DNA of 60,554 bases, counting the filler. It is 6 parts of 6 records of this genome, joined end to end, with 100 filler letters (N's around TTAATTAATTAA, not from the genome) between each part and the next. Parts side by side here need not be neighbours in the genome. Positions count along the whole stretch, not along the records: positions 15,470 to 21,991 come from DRR723986_3047; positions 22,092 to 42,245 come from DRR723986_3051; 4 more parts are not named here. The stretch is one strand, 5' to 3'. Under the pieces are notes generated by a model. It was not told the DNA's origin. It did not search any database and was given only the letters and a program-made list of their open reading frames with translations. Of the stretch, positions 19,508-28,305 are shown in pieces. Numbering within the stretch: position 1 is the first letter of the stretch; the number at the start of each line of letters is the position of its first letter. The position numbers and the translations under genes are program-made.

Positions 19508-20671
19508 TCAGTCGCCCAGAATATCCCGCAATATGGCACCGAACAGCGCTGTTCCCGGTCCGATCAGGGCGTCGGGAAAGTCGTAATCGGGGTTGTGCAG
19601 GTCAGGGCCGTCCATGCCCGCCCCAAGCAGGATAAAGGCGCTTTCGGCCCCGGTGGCCGTGCCGAAGCGGCCGAAATCCTCTGACGGGCGCATCGGCAGC
19701 AGGCCCGGCCCGGTGGGCAGCCCCACCCGCGCCCCGGCCCGACGCACGATCTTTGCCGCCTTGGAGGAATTCGTGCAGGCGGGAAAGATGTCGTGGTAGT
19801 CGATGGACAGGCCCAGATCCCCGGCGGCATCCCGCGTCAGGGCCTCGGCCCGCGCAATCAGCGCCTCCATCCCCGCATCGGTCAGGCTGCGCAGGGTGGC
19901 GTAAAGCTCGGCCTCTCCCGGTGCGATGCCATAGGCCGGTTCGCCCAACCGCGCGTGACACACTGTAACCAGCGTGAAATCCGGGTCGCTCAGGTCCGCG
20001 CCGTGTGACAGGTCGGGCATGTCCAGCATCAGCCGCGCCAGCGCCGGGGCGGGCGACTGCCCCGTTTCAGGTTGCGAGGCATGGGCCGTCCGACCTGTCA
20101 GCCGCACCCGCATCCCGCGAGAGGCGCAACTGGCCGGGCCGTCAACCACGCCCACATGCCCAAGCGGCATTCCGGGGAAGTTGTGGATGGCAAAGGCATA
20201 GTCGGGCCTGAGATCGGCAAAGCCCGGATCGGCCACGACCCGCGCCGCGCCTTCGCCGGTTTCCTCGGCGGGCTGGAACATCAGCACGACAGACCCACGC
20301 GCGGGCCGCCGCCGTCCAAGAAGCCGCGCCATGCCGGTCAGTATCGCCATATGCCCGTCATGGCCGCAAAGATGCCCCTTGCCGTCGATCCGGGACCGAT
20401 GGGGTCGGTCGGACAGCTCCCGGATTGGCAGGCCGTCCAGCTCGCAGCGCAGCATGACCCGAGGGCCGGGCCGCCCACTGTCATAAAGCGCCGCAACGCC
20501 GTGCCCGCCTAGCCCGGTCACGATCCGGTCAGGGCCGGTCGGCTCCAGCATCTTGTGAACGGCACGCGCGGTTTCGGCCTCTTCGCCCGACACTTCGGGG
20601 CGCTGGTGCAGGGCGCGACGCCAGTCGGTCAGGTCGGCCAGGTCGGAATTGGTCAGTCTGGTGTCCATCAT
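19508..20671 (-). CDS. M20D amidohydrolase (hippurate hydrolase-like)
   Basis: RRALHQRPEVSGEE, RCELDGLP, HLCGHDGH, FQPAEE, SEDFG, LHNPDYDFPD. Confidence 0.9.
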   Translation of the reverse strand: MMDTRLTNSDLADLTDWRRALHQRPEVSGEEAETARAVHKMLEPTGPDRIVTGLGGHGVAALYDSGRPGPRVMLRCELDGLPIRELSDRPHRSRIDGKGHLCGHDGHMAILTGMARLLGRRRPARGSVVLMFQPAEETGEGAARVVADPGFADLRPDYAFAIHNFPGMPLGHVGVVDGPASCASRGMRVRLTGRTAHASQPETGQSPAPALARLMLDMPDLSHGADLSDPDFTLVTVCHARLGEPAYGIAPGEAELYATLRSLTDAGMEALIARAEALTRDAAGDLGLSIDYHDIFPACTNSSKAAKIVRRAGARVGLPTGPGLLPMRPSEDFGRFGTATGAESAFILLGAGMDGPDLHNPDYDFPDALIGPGTALFGAILRDILGD

Positions 20672-20777
20672 GGGCGCATGTTTGCGCCGCGACCTGCGCC
20701 GGGGCAAGGGCAGATCGGGCATGGACATTTGCGGCCCGCCGGGGAACCCTCTGGTGACACCCAAGCGACCCGGACCA

Positions 20778-21674
20778 ATGCCCCACTTCAATCTCAAACA
20801 TATCGAAGCTTTCGTGCATGTGGCCGATCTGGGCAGTTTCCGGCGGGCGGCGGCGCGGCTGAACACCACGCAGCCCAATATCTCCAACCGCATTTCGCAG
20901 CTGGAACAGCATCTGCGGCTGAAGCTGATGGACCGCGATGCCGGATCGGTGCGGCTGACCCGCGAGGGGCGGCAGTTGCTTGGCCCCGCCCGGCGTATCC
21001 TTGCCGCCGTGGACGGGTTTCTGGAAGCCACCGGCGACGGCGCGGCCTTTGACGGGCTGTTGCGGCTGGGGGTGACGGAGCTGATCGCCCAGACATGGCT
21101 GCGCCCCTTCCTGATGCAGATGAAAGACCGCTTTCCCGCCGTCGACGTGGAAATGACAATCGACCTGTCCGAAAACCTGTCGAAACTGCTGTTCGGCAGA
21201 GAGATCGACCTGACCTTTCAAAACGGCCCCTTCGACCAGCGCACCCCCAACACGGAACCGTTGGGGCAATCTCCCTATATCTGGGTCGCGCCCCCGGTGC
21301 TGGGCCTTGCAGGCAGAAAGATCGGGGCCGCAGAGATCGCCGAGCATCGCATCCTCACCCATGCGCGCGGGTCGTATCCATTCATGCAGCTCGACGCGCA
21401 TTTCCGGCAGATTGAACAGCCGGCCCGGCTGGTGCCCTCGTCAAACATCGCGGCCTGTCTGCAATTGGCGGGGGATGGTCTGGGCGTCGCCTGCCTGCCC
21501 GCACCGATGGTGGCCGAGGCGCTGGAAACAGGGCGTTTGCAGCAGGTGGACTATGGCTGGCACCCCGAAGACCTGCGCTTTGCGGCGCGCTGGCTGGTCG
21601 ATCCCGTACCGTCCTTCCTGATCGCAGCGGTCGAGATTGCATCGGGTCTCTACCCACCAGAGGATCACAATTAG
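20778..21674 (+). CDS. LysR-family transcriptional regulator
   Basis: FNLKHIEAFVHVADLGSFRRAAARLNTTQPNISNRISQLE. Confidence 0.93.
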   Translation: MPHFNLKHIEAFVHVADLGSFRRAAARLNTTQPNISNRISQLEQHLRLKLMDRDAGSVRLTREGRQLLGPARRILAAVDGFLEATGDGAAFDGLLRLGVTELIAQTWLRPFLMQMKDRFPAVDVEMTIDLSENLSKLLFGREIDLTFQNGPFDQRTPNTEPLGQSPYIWVAPPVLGLAGRKIGAAEIAEHRILTHARGSYPFMQLDAHFRQIEQPARLVPSSNIAACLQLAGDGLGVACLPAPMVAEALETGRLQQVDYGWHPEDLRFAARWLVDPVPSFLIAAVEIASGLYPPEDHN

Positions 21675-21678
21675 TTAT
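21664..21678. promoter_or_regulatory. Candidate LysR T-N11-A site upstream of the hydantoinase gene
   Basis: ATCACAATTAGTTAT in an AT-rich patch overlapping the LysR stop codon. Confidence 0.5.
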
Positions 21679-21756
21679 TCAATACATACAATCATTCGAT
21701 TTTTATAAATCCTTTCTGTCCGCTAACCTGCCAAGAGGTCGAATGTGGAGGACGGA

Positions 21757-21991
21757 ATGAGCGAGTCGTACAGGTTGGGGGCCGATATTGGCGGCACCTT
21801 CACCGATCTGGTGCTGGAAGGGCCGGGGGGCCGGTTTTCCACCAAGGTTCTGACCACGTATTCCGCACCCGAGGATGCGATTATCGAAGGGATGCACCGG
21901 GTCTGTGAAAAGGCCGGGGTCGCGCCCGCAGCGATTTCGCAGGTGATCCACGGCACCACGCTGGCCACCAATGCGCTGATCGAACGGCGCG
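21757..21991 (+). CDS. Hydantoinase A / 5-oxoprolinase family protein, 3' truncated
   Basis: RLGADIGGTFTDLV, HGTTLATNALIER; GGAGG SD. Confidence 0.9.
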
Positions 21992-22091
21992 NNNNNNNNN
22001 NNNNNNNNNNNNNNNNNNNNNNNNNNNNNNNNNNNTTAATTAATTAANNNNNNNNNNNNNNNNNNNNNNNNNNNNNNNNNNNNNNNNNNNN
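21992..22091. other. Artificial contig spacer
   Basis: N-run/TTAATTAATTAA/N-run. Confidence 0.98.
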
Positions 22092-22273
22092 TTGCCCGCG
22101 CCATTGGGGCCGATGATCGCGGTCATCTTGCCCGCCTCAACCGTCATATCGACGGAAAAGACCGCAGGTTTCTGACCATAGGATACAGTCAGCCCGCGGA
22201 TCGCCAAGGGGCTGTCCTGACGGGCGGTTTCCTGAGATGTGAATGCGTCGGCTGTGATCAGATCCAATGACAT
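22092..22273 (-). CDS. Mn/Zn/Fe ABC transporter ATP-binding subunit, 3' truncated
   Basis: LTVSY...AIIGPNGAGK Walker A. Confidence 0.88.
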
Positions 22274-22276
22274 GAC

Positions 22277-23245
22277 TTAACTCCCCTGCATCAGCTTGCC
22301 GGACATCCCGCCGGGGGCCACATCCGCGCCCAATGCGCGGGCGATGGTGGTCGCGTTGTGATCAATCATACCGATATAGGTGCCCTCATAGGTGCCCTCC
22401 GCGCCCATTGCATCGCTGTACAGCGATCCGCCAATGCGCACCTCATGCCCGCGGGCGGCGGCCCCTTCGATCAAGGCGCGCATGTTGCGATCCGACACCG
22501 ACGTTTCGACAAACACCGCACCGATGTTGCGCTCGACCAGAACGTCGACCAGTTCGCTGATCCGGTTCAGGCCTGCCTCGCTGGCGGTCGAAATGCCCTG
22601 AATGCCGATCACCTCAAAATCATAGGCCTTGCCGAAATAGCTAAAGGCGTCATGCGCGGTGACCAAAACCCGCTGGTCTTGCGGCACGCGGCGCAGAGCC
22701 TCGGCTGTGTATGTGACCAAGGCGTTCAATTCTTCGATGTAGCTTGCCGCGTTGGCCTCAAATGCGGCGGCATGTTCTGGCCGTGCAGCGATCAGTGTGC
22801 GGGTGATCTCTTGAACCACACCAATCCAAGTTGCGGGGTCCATCCAGACGTGCGGGTCGTAGCGCCCGTCATAGTCCGCATGGCTGAGCAAACTGTCTTT
22901 CGGCAAGGCCTCCGCCACGGCGACGACTTGTCGCTTGCCGCCGAGCTCTTCAAAGAAACGCTCCATCTGCGCTTCAAGATAAAGACCATGCCACAGCACC
23001 AGATCCGAACGGGTCATCGCGACGATGTCACTGCGGGTCTGGCGATAGCCATGTGGATCAACGCCCGGTCCCATCAAGGCCCGCACCGTCACCAAATCAC
23101 CGCCCACGCGGCGGGTGGCATCGGCAATCATCCCGGTGGTGGCAATGATATTCAGCTGGCCAGCCGCCTGTGCAAAGCGGGCCGTCCCCAAAACCGCGAG
23201 ACCACCCAAAAGCGCCGCGCGACGTGTTACTGACAAAGACTTCAT
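22277..23245 (-). CDS. Metal ABC transporter substrate-binding protein (TroA/MntA-like, Tat signal)
   Basis: TRRAALLG twin-arginine leader; GPGVDPH, DPHVW, HDAF, SDAMG metal-ligand motifs. Confidence 0.92.
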   Translation of the reverse strand: MKSLSVTRRAALLGGLAVLGTARFAQAAGQLNIIATTGMIADATRRVGGDLVTVRALMGPGVDPHGYRQTRSDIVAMTRSDLVLWHGLYLEAQMERFFEELGGKRQVVAVAEALPKDSLLSHADYDGRYDPHVWMDPATWIGVVQEITRTLIAARPEHAAAFEANAASYIEELNALVTYTAEALRRVPQDQRVLVTAHDAFSYFGKAYDFEVIGIQGISTASEAGLNRISELVDVLVERNIGAVFVETSVSDRNMRALIEGAAARGHEVRIGGSLYSDAMGAEGTYEGTYIGMIDHNATTIARALGADVAPGGMSGKLMQGS

Positions 23246-23270
23246 AGAACTCAATCTCCTTGCCGTAATA

Positions 23271-23320
23271 GATGCGATTGATTCTCAACTAAGTCAAGCT
23301 TGTTGCGACTAATTCTCAAT
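23271..23320. promoter_or_regulatory. Two tandem Mur/Fur-type boxes
   Basis: GATGCGATTGATTCTCAAC (23271-23289) and GTTGCGACTAATTCTCAAT (23302-23320), 7-1-7 dyads upstream of the metal ABC operon. Confidence 0.75.
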
Positions 23321-23494
23321 ATCATTCTAACTCAGCGGGCCTTTGGTGCGTTTTTCCTCCGGTTTTTGCTCGGACCGGCCACTATTCCTGCGGTTTTGCC
23401 CAATTTGATGCATTTGTGACCGCACGGCAGGACATCTTGCTATTTCCCTGCCGCCCGTGGCAATTTGACCATCTGTTCGAACCGGAGATGCCCC

Positions 23495-24508
23495 ATGGCC
23501 GCCCAGCTCACCGATAAAAAAACCACTGACGCGACAACAACCGACGCGCATCTGCCGCAGGTCACGGAACCGCGCAATCCCGGAATGCCGCTTGACTTCG
23601 ATTGGGTGCGCAGCGTGGAGGTGAACACCTCCGCCGTGGAACGCCGTGCCGCGACTTTGCCTGCCCGCCGGTCCGTGAAAAAGGCCCATCAGGCGGCATG
23701 GCTCTTGCGTGCAATCACCTGTATCGACCTGACCACGCTGTCAGGAGATGACACCGAACGCCGGGTGGCGCGCCTTTGCGCCAAGGCCCGGCAACCGGTG
23801 GCACCTGATCTTTTGAACGCACTGGGGATGAAGCCGATCACAACGGGCGCCGTCTGCGTTTACCACGAGATGATCCCGGCCGCGAAACGCGCCCTGGAAG
23901 GCACAAATATCCCCATCGCGGCGGTGTCTACCGGATTTCCTGCGGGCCTGTCGCCACTGGAACTGCGCATCCGCGAAATTGAAATGAGCGTTGAGGCAGG
24001 CGCCGCCGAGATCGACATCGTAATCTCGCGCCGTCATGTCCTGACCGGCGATTGGCAAGCGCTTTACGATGAAATGAAAGCCTTCCGCGCCGCCTGCGGT
24101 GACGCGCACGTCAAGGCGATCCTTGCCACCGGCGAATTGGGCAGCCTGCGCAATGTCGCCCGTGCCAGTCTGGTGTGCATGATGGCCGGTGCCGATTTCA
24201 TCAAGACCTCAACCGGTAAGGAAAGTGTCAATGCTACCCTGCCCGTCAGTCTGGTGATGATCCGCGCCATTCGCGACTATTACGACCGCACAGGAATTCG
24301 CGTCGGCTACAAACCGGCGGGCGGCATTTCCAAGGCCAAGGATGCGATCACCTATCTGGCGCTGATGAAAGAGGAGCTTGGCGATCGCTGGCTTGAGCCG
24401 GACCTCTTCCGCTTTGGCGCGTCCTCGCTGCTCAATGACATCGAGCGGCAACTCGAACACCACGTCACCGGCAGCTATTCCGCCGGATACCGCCACGCCA
24501 CAAGCTAA
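23495..24508 (+). CDS. deoC: Deoxyribose-phosphate aldolase (long, eukaryote-like DERA type)
   Basis: CIDLTTLSGDDT, AVSTGFP, EIDIVI, FIKTSTGK, KPAGGI, RFGASSLL. Confidence 0.95.
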   Translation: MAAQLTDKKTTDATTTDAHLPQVTEPRNPGMPLDFDWVRSVEVNTSAVERRAATLPARRSVKKAHQAAWLLRAITCIDLTTLSGDDTERRVARLCAKARQPVAPDLLNALGMKPITTGAVCVYHEMIPAAKRALEGTNIPIAAVSTGFPAGLSPLELRIREIEMSVEAGAAEIDIVISRRHVLTGDWQALYDEMKAFRAACGDAHVKAILATGELGSLRNVARASLVCMMAGADFIKTSTGKESVNATLPVSLVMIRAIRDYYDRTGIRVGYKPAGGISKAKDAITYLALMKEELGDRWLEPDLFRFGASSLLNDIERQLEHHVTGSYSAGYRHATS

Positions 24509-24546
24509 GCCAAGCGCTGGACCAAGACTTTTGAAAAGGGTGAACT

Positions 24547-26889
24547 ATGAGCGTCGCTGACATCTTTGAAACCATGGAGTATGGCACCGCCCCCGAGGCC
24601 GCCGCCGAAGCATTGGCATGGCTGGTCGATCAAGGCGACCGGTTTGGCCATTTCATCGACGGGTCATTCACCAAGGCCGGTGATGGTTTCGACAGCAAGA
24701 ACCCGGCCACAGGCGAAATTCTGGCAACGCTGTCCCAGGCCACCCAAGCCGATGTGGACGCCGCCGTCAAAGCGGCCCGCAAGGCGCAGCCGAAATGGGC
24801 CGCGCTTGGTGGACATGGCCGTGCAAAATACCTCTATGCGCTGGCGCGTTTGCTGCAAAAACACAGCCGCCTGTTCGCGGTGCTGGAAGTGATGGACAAC
24901 GGCAAGCCGATCCGCGAGGCCCGCGATATCGACGTGCCATTGGCGCAGCGGCATTTTTACTACCACGCAGGCATGGCGCAACTGATGGACAGTGAACTGC
25001 CCAATGCCGAAGCCTTGGGCGTTTGCGGTCAGATCATCCCGTGGAATTTCCCGCTGTTGATGTTGGCATGGAAGGTCGCGCCAGCGCTGGCGATGGGTAA
25101 CACCGTGGTGCTGAAACCGGCGGAATATACCTCGCTGACCGCGCTTCTTTTTGCTGACATCTGCCGTCAGGCGGGTCTGCCCAAGGGCGTGGTCAATATC
25201 GTCACCGGCGACGGCGCCGTGGGCGAAATGATCGTCAATTCGGCCGTGGACAAAATCGCCTTCACCGGCTCCACCGCCGTGGGCCGCCGCATCCGCGAAG
25301 CCACAGCCGGCAGCGGCAAGGCCCTCACGTTGGAATTGGGCGGCAAATCCCCCTACATCGTGTTTGACGACGCCGATCTCGACAGCGCGGTCGAAGGTCT
25401 GGTTGATGCGATCTGGTTCAATCAGGGGCAGGTTTGCTGCGCCGGATCGCGCCTTTTGGTACATGAACCCATCGCGGACCGTTTTTATGCCAAACTCCGC
25501 GCCCGAATGAACAAACTGCGGGTCGGCAGCCCGCTGGACAAAAGCATCGACGTTGGCGCTTTGGTCGATCCGGTGCAGTTGCAATCGGTATCCAGCATGG
25601 TCGAGGCCAACAGCGCAGGCGAACGTTTCGTCGCCGAGACTGATATGCCTGCCGAGGGTTGTTTTTATCCGCCCACATTGATCACCGGCCTGAACCCCGC
25701 CGACACCCTCATGCAGGAAGAGATCTTTGGCCCGGTTCTGGTCTCCACGACATTCCGCACCCCTGCCGAGGCCGTGCAACTGGCCAACAACACCCGGTAT
25801 GGGCTGGCGGCGACGATCTGGTCCGAGAATGTCAATCTGGCGCTGGACATCGCCCCCAAGCTGGTCGCCGGCATCGTCTGGATCAATGGCACCAACCTGA
25901 TGGATGCCGCTGCCGGGTTTGGCGGCCTGCGCGAAAGCGGCTTTGGCCGGGAGGGCGGCTGGGAAGGGCTCAGCGCCTACACCAAGCCTAAAGGCAATGC
26001 CAAACCGCTGAAACCCATTGATGCCTTCACCGGTGAAGGCGCACCAGCCGATCCGGTAGATCGCACCGCAAAGCTCTATATCGGCGGCAAACAGGCGCGG
26101 CCCGACGGCGGCTATTCTGCTCCGGTCTGGGGCAAATCAGGCGCTTTGCTGGGCCATGCATCGCTGGCCAATCGCAAGGATGTGCGCAACGCGGTCGAAG
26201 CGGCACAAGCCGCCAAGGGCTGGTCAAAAACCACAGGTCACCTGCGGGCACAAATTCTCTACTACATCGCCGAAAACCTCGCCGCCCGTCACGATGAATT
26301 CGCCAACCGCCTCGATGCGATGCAAGGCGGCAAGTCCGGCGGGAAAGAGGTGGACGCCGCCGTGCGCCGCCTCTTTACCTATGCCGCCTGGGCCGACAAA
26401 TACGACGGTCAGGTGCACGGCGTTCCGATCCGCGGTGTTGCACTGGCAATGAAGGAGCCCGTGGGCGTCATTGGCGCGCTCTGCCCTGCCGAGGCGCCGC
26501 TTTTGGGCCTGATCTCTTGCATGGCACCTGCCATCGCCATGGGCAACCGCGTGATCCTGTCCGCGTCCGAACCCTTCCCACTGTCCGCAACGGACTTTGT
26601 ACAAGTGCTTGAAACCTCCGACGTGCCTGCGGGTGTGGTGAACATCCTGACAGGCCCGCATTCAGATATCGCCGATCCGCTGGCGCGGCACATGGATGTC
26701 GATGCGGTCTGGTCCTTCGGCGCAGGTGAGTTGAGCGGGATCATCGAAAAGGGATCCGCGCATAACCTCAAGCGCACATGGGTCAACAACGGCATCGCCC
26801 GTGACTGGCACGGGACCGCTGGCGAAGGTCGCGAATTCCTGCAAGCCGCAACCGAGGTCAAAAACATCTGGGTGCCTTACGGAGAGTAA
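24547..26889 (+). CDS. ALDH16-type aldehyde dehydrogenase (full ALDH plus a second partial domain), 780 aa
   Basis: PWNFP, FTGST, LELGGK, VCCAG, EEIFGP, then a repeated NAD-binding half lacking a catalytic domain. Confidence 0.9.
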   Translation: MSVADIFETMEYGTAPEAAAEALAWLVDQGDRFGHFIDGSFTKAGDGFDSKNPATGEILATLSQATQADVDAAVKAARKAQPKWAALGGHGRAKYLYALARLLQKHSRLFAVLEVMDNGKPIREARDIDVPLAQRHFYYHAGMAQLMDSELPNAEALGVCGQIIPWNFPLLMLAWKVAPALAMGNTVVLKPAEYTSLTALLFADICRQAGLPKGVVNIVTGDGAVGEMIVNSAVDKIAFTGSTAVGRRIREATAGSGKALTLELGGKSPYIVFDDADLDSAVEGLVDAIWFNQGQVCCAGSRLLVHEPIADRFYAKLRARMNKLRVGSPLDKSIDVGALVDPVQLQSVSSMVEANSAGERFVAETDMPAEGCFYPPTLITGLNPADTLMQEEIFGPVLVSTTFRTPAEAVQLANNTRYGLAATIWSENVNLALDIAPKLVAGIVWINGTNLMDAAAGFGGLRESGFGREGGWEGLSAYTKPKGNAKPLKPIDAFTGEGAPADPVDRTAKLYIGGKQARPDGGYSAPVWGKSGALLGHASLANRKDVRNAVEAAQAAKGWSKTTGHLRAQILYYIAENLAARHDEFANRLDAMQGGKSGGKEVDAAVRRLFTYAAWADKYDGQVHGVPIRGVALAMKEPVGVIGALCPAEAPLLGLISCMAPAIAMGNRVILSASEPFPLSATDFVQVLETSDVPAGVVNILTGPHSDIADPLARHMDVDAVWSFGAGELSGIIEKGSAHNLKRTWVNNGIARDWHGTAGEGREFLQAATEVKNIWVPYGE

Positions 26890-26926
26890 TCCCTACCTTC
26901 ATTTGGCAAGAAAAACTCAAAAAAGC

Positions 26927-26947
26927 GTTCTGGCCTATGGCCAGAAC
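26927..26947. terminator. Hairpin between convergent ALDH and M16 genes
   Basis: GTTCTGGCC-TAT-GGCCAGAAC; A-rich tract on the left. Confidence 0.4.
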
Positions 26948-26991
26948 CATATATCGTGTGGCGCTTTAGCGCCTCATTTGGTGAAGGCTGA

Positions 26992-28305
26992 TCAATTGCC
27001 CGTGCTCTCGATCCCCACGGGCTGACCGACCACAACAAAGTGCAGACCCTCAGGGTCAAGCAGTTCCCTCGCAACCCGCGTCACGTCCTCCAGCGTCACC
27101 GCCTCAACCTTGTCATTGCGCGTTGGGATGTAATCAATCGGCAGGCCGATCATCTGCATCCCCACAAGGATATTCGCAATCGGCCCGTTGCCGTCAAACC
27201 GCAAAGGATAAGCCCCGGTGATATAGGTCTTGGCATCCTGGAGCTCTTGCGGGGTGATGCCCTCGGCCGCCGCTTTGGCCCATTCATCGCGGATCACGGC
27301 AATGGCCTGCGCAATGCGGTCATTGGCGGAACTGACGTTGCCCATATAGACCTCTGCCAGATCGCGCGGCACCAAATAGGAATAGACCCCATAGGTCAGC
27401 CCACGTTTTTCGCGCACTTCGTTCATCAGGCGGCTTTCAAACGACCCGCCGCCGATCACATGGTTGAGAATGGTTGCGGCGAAAAAGTCAGGGTCGTCTT
27501 GCTTGATCCCCTTCTGGCCAAAGATCGCAACCGATTGCGGCGTGGCAAAATCCACCACCGTCACGCCGGGGGGGATGGTGACCTCTGCCATTGGCGGCAT
27601 GTCGGCCCCGGCGGCAGGCAAATCGCCCAGCAAATCGTCCATCAATGCGCCCAACTCTTCGGCTGTGATGTCGCCAACCGCGCCGATATAAATCCGGTCC
27701 CGCGCCAGCACGTCAGCATGGGCCGCCAGCAGGTCATCTCGTGTCAGTGCCGCAACGCTTTCCAAGGTGCCATTCAGGGACGAGCCGTATGGATGATCGC
27801 CATAGGCAATCTGGTTGAACGTCTGGCTGGCGATGTCATCGGGGTCTTTCTGATCAGACTGGATGATCGACAACACCTGCCGCCGGACCCGTTCGATCGC
27901 CTCTTCGTCAAAGCGCGGCTCTTGCAACGCGGCTTTCAGCAAAGCCACCGATTCATCGCGGTTCTCGGTCAAGAACCGCGCCGAGATGGCTACCGCATCA
28001 TTGGAGGCATCAAAATCATAACTGGCGGCAAGCGCTTCTGCCCCGCGGGCAAAGGCGCGGGCGTCCATGTCACCAGCCCCCTCTTCGAGCAGCGCCGTCA
28101 TCAGGTTCACCGCGCCGCGTTTGCCGGGCCGGTCCAGTGACGCCCCCCCGCGAAACCGGATTTCCAGCGCGACGAACGGGATCGAAGGTTCTTCGACCAG
28201 CCACGCGGTCAAACCGCCGGGGCTTGTGACGGATTGAATGTCCACTTCGGCGCGGGCAGGCAGGCTGGCCAGTGCTGTCAGGATCAGTGCAAAAATCAGT
28301 CTCAT
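26992..28305 (-). CDS. M16 (pitrilysin) peptidase, non-catalytic subunit
   Basis: Signal peptide, SPGGLTAWLVEE, SRLMNEVREKRGLTY; no HxxEH. Confidence 0.9.
   Translation of the reverse strand: MRLIFALILTALASLPARAEVDIQSVTSPGGLTAWLVEEPSIPFVALEIRFRGGASLDRPGKRGAVNLMTALLEEGAGDMDARAFARGAEALAASYDFDASNDAVAISARFLTENRDESVALLKAALQEPRFDEEAIERVRRQVLSIIQSDQKDPDDIASQTFNQIAYGDHPYGSSLNGTLESVAALTRDDLLAAHADVLARDRIYIGAVGDITAEELGALMDDLLGDLPAAGADMPPMAEVTIPPGVTVVDFATPQSVAIFGQKGIKQDDPDFFAATILNHVIGGGSFESRLMNEVREKRGLTYGVYSYLVPRDLAEVYMGNVSSANDRIAQAIAVIRDEWAKAAAEGITPQELQDAKTYITGAYPLRFDGNGPIANILVGMQMIGLPIDYIPTRNDKVEAVTLEDVTRVARELLDPEGLHFVVVGQPVGIESTGN

Noticed and set aside
19508..21031. 507-aa amidohydrolase with a long N-terminal extension overlapping the LysR
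   Set aside because: Extension is antisense to the LysR; homology starts at Met 20671
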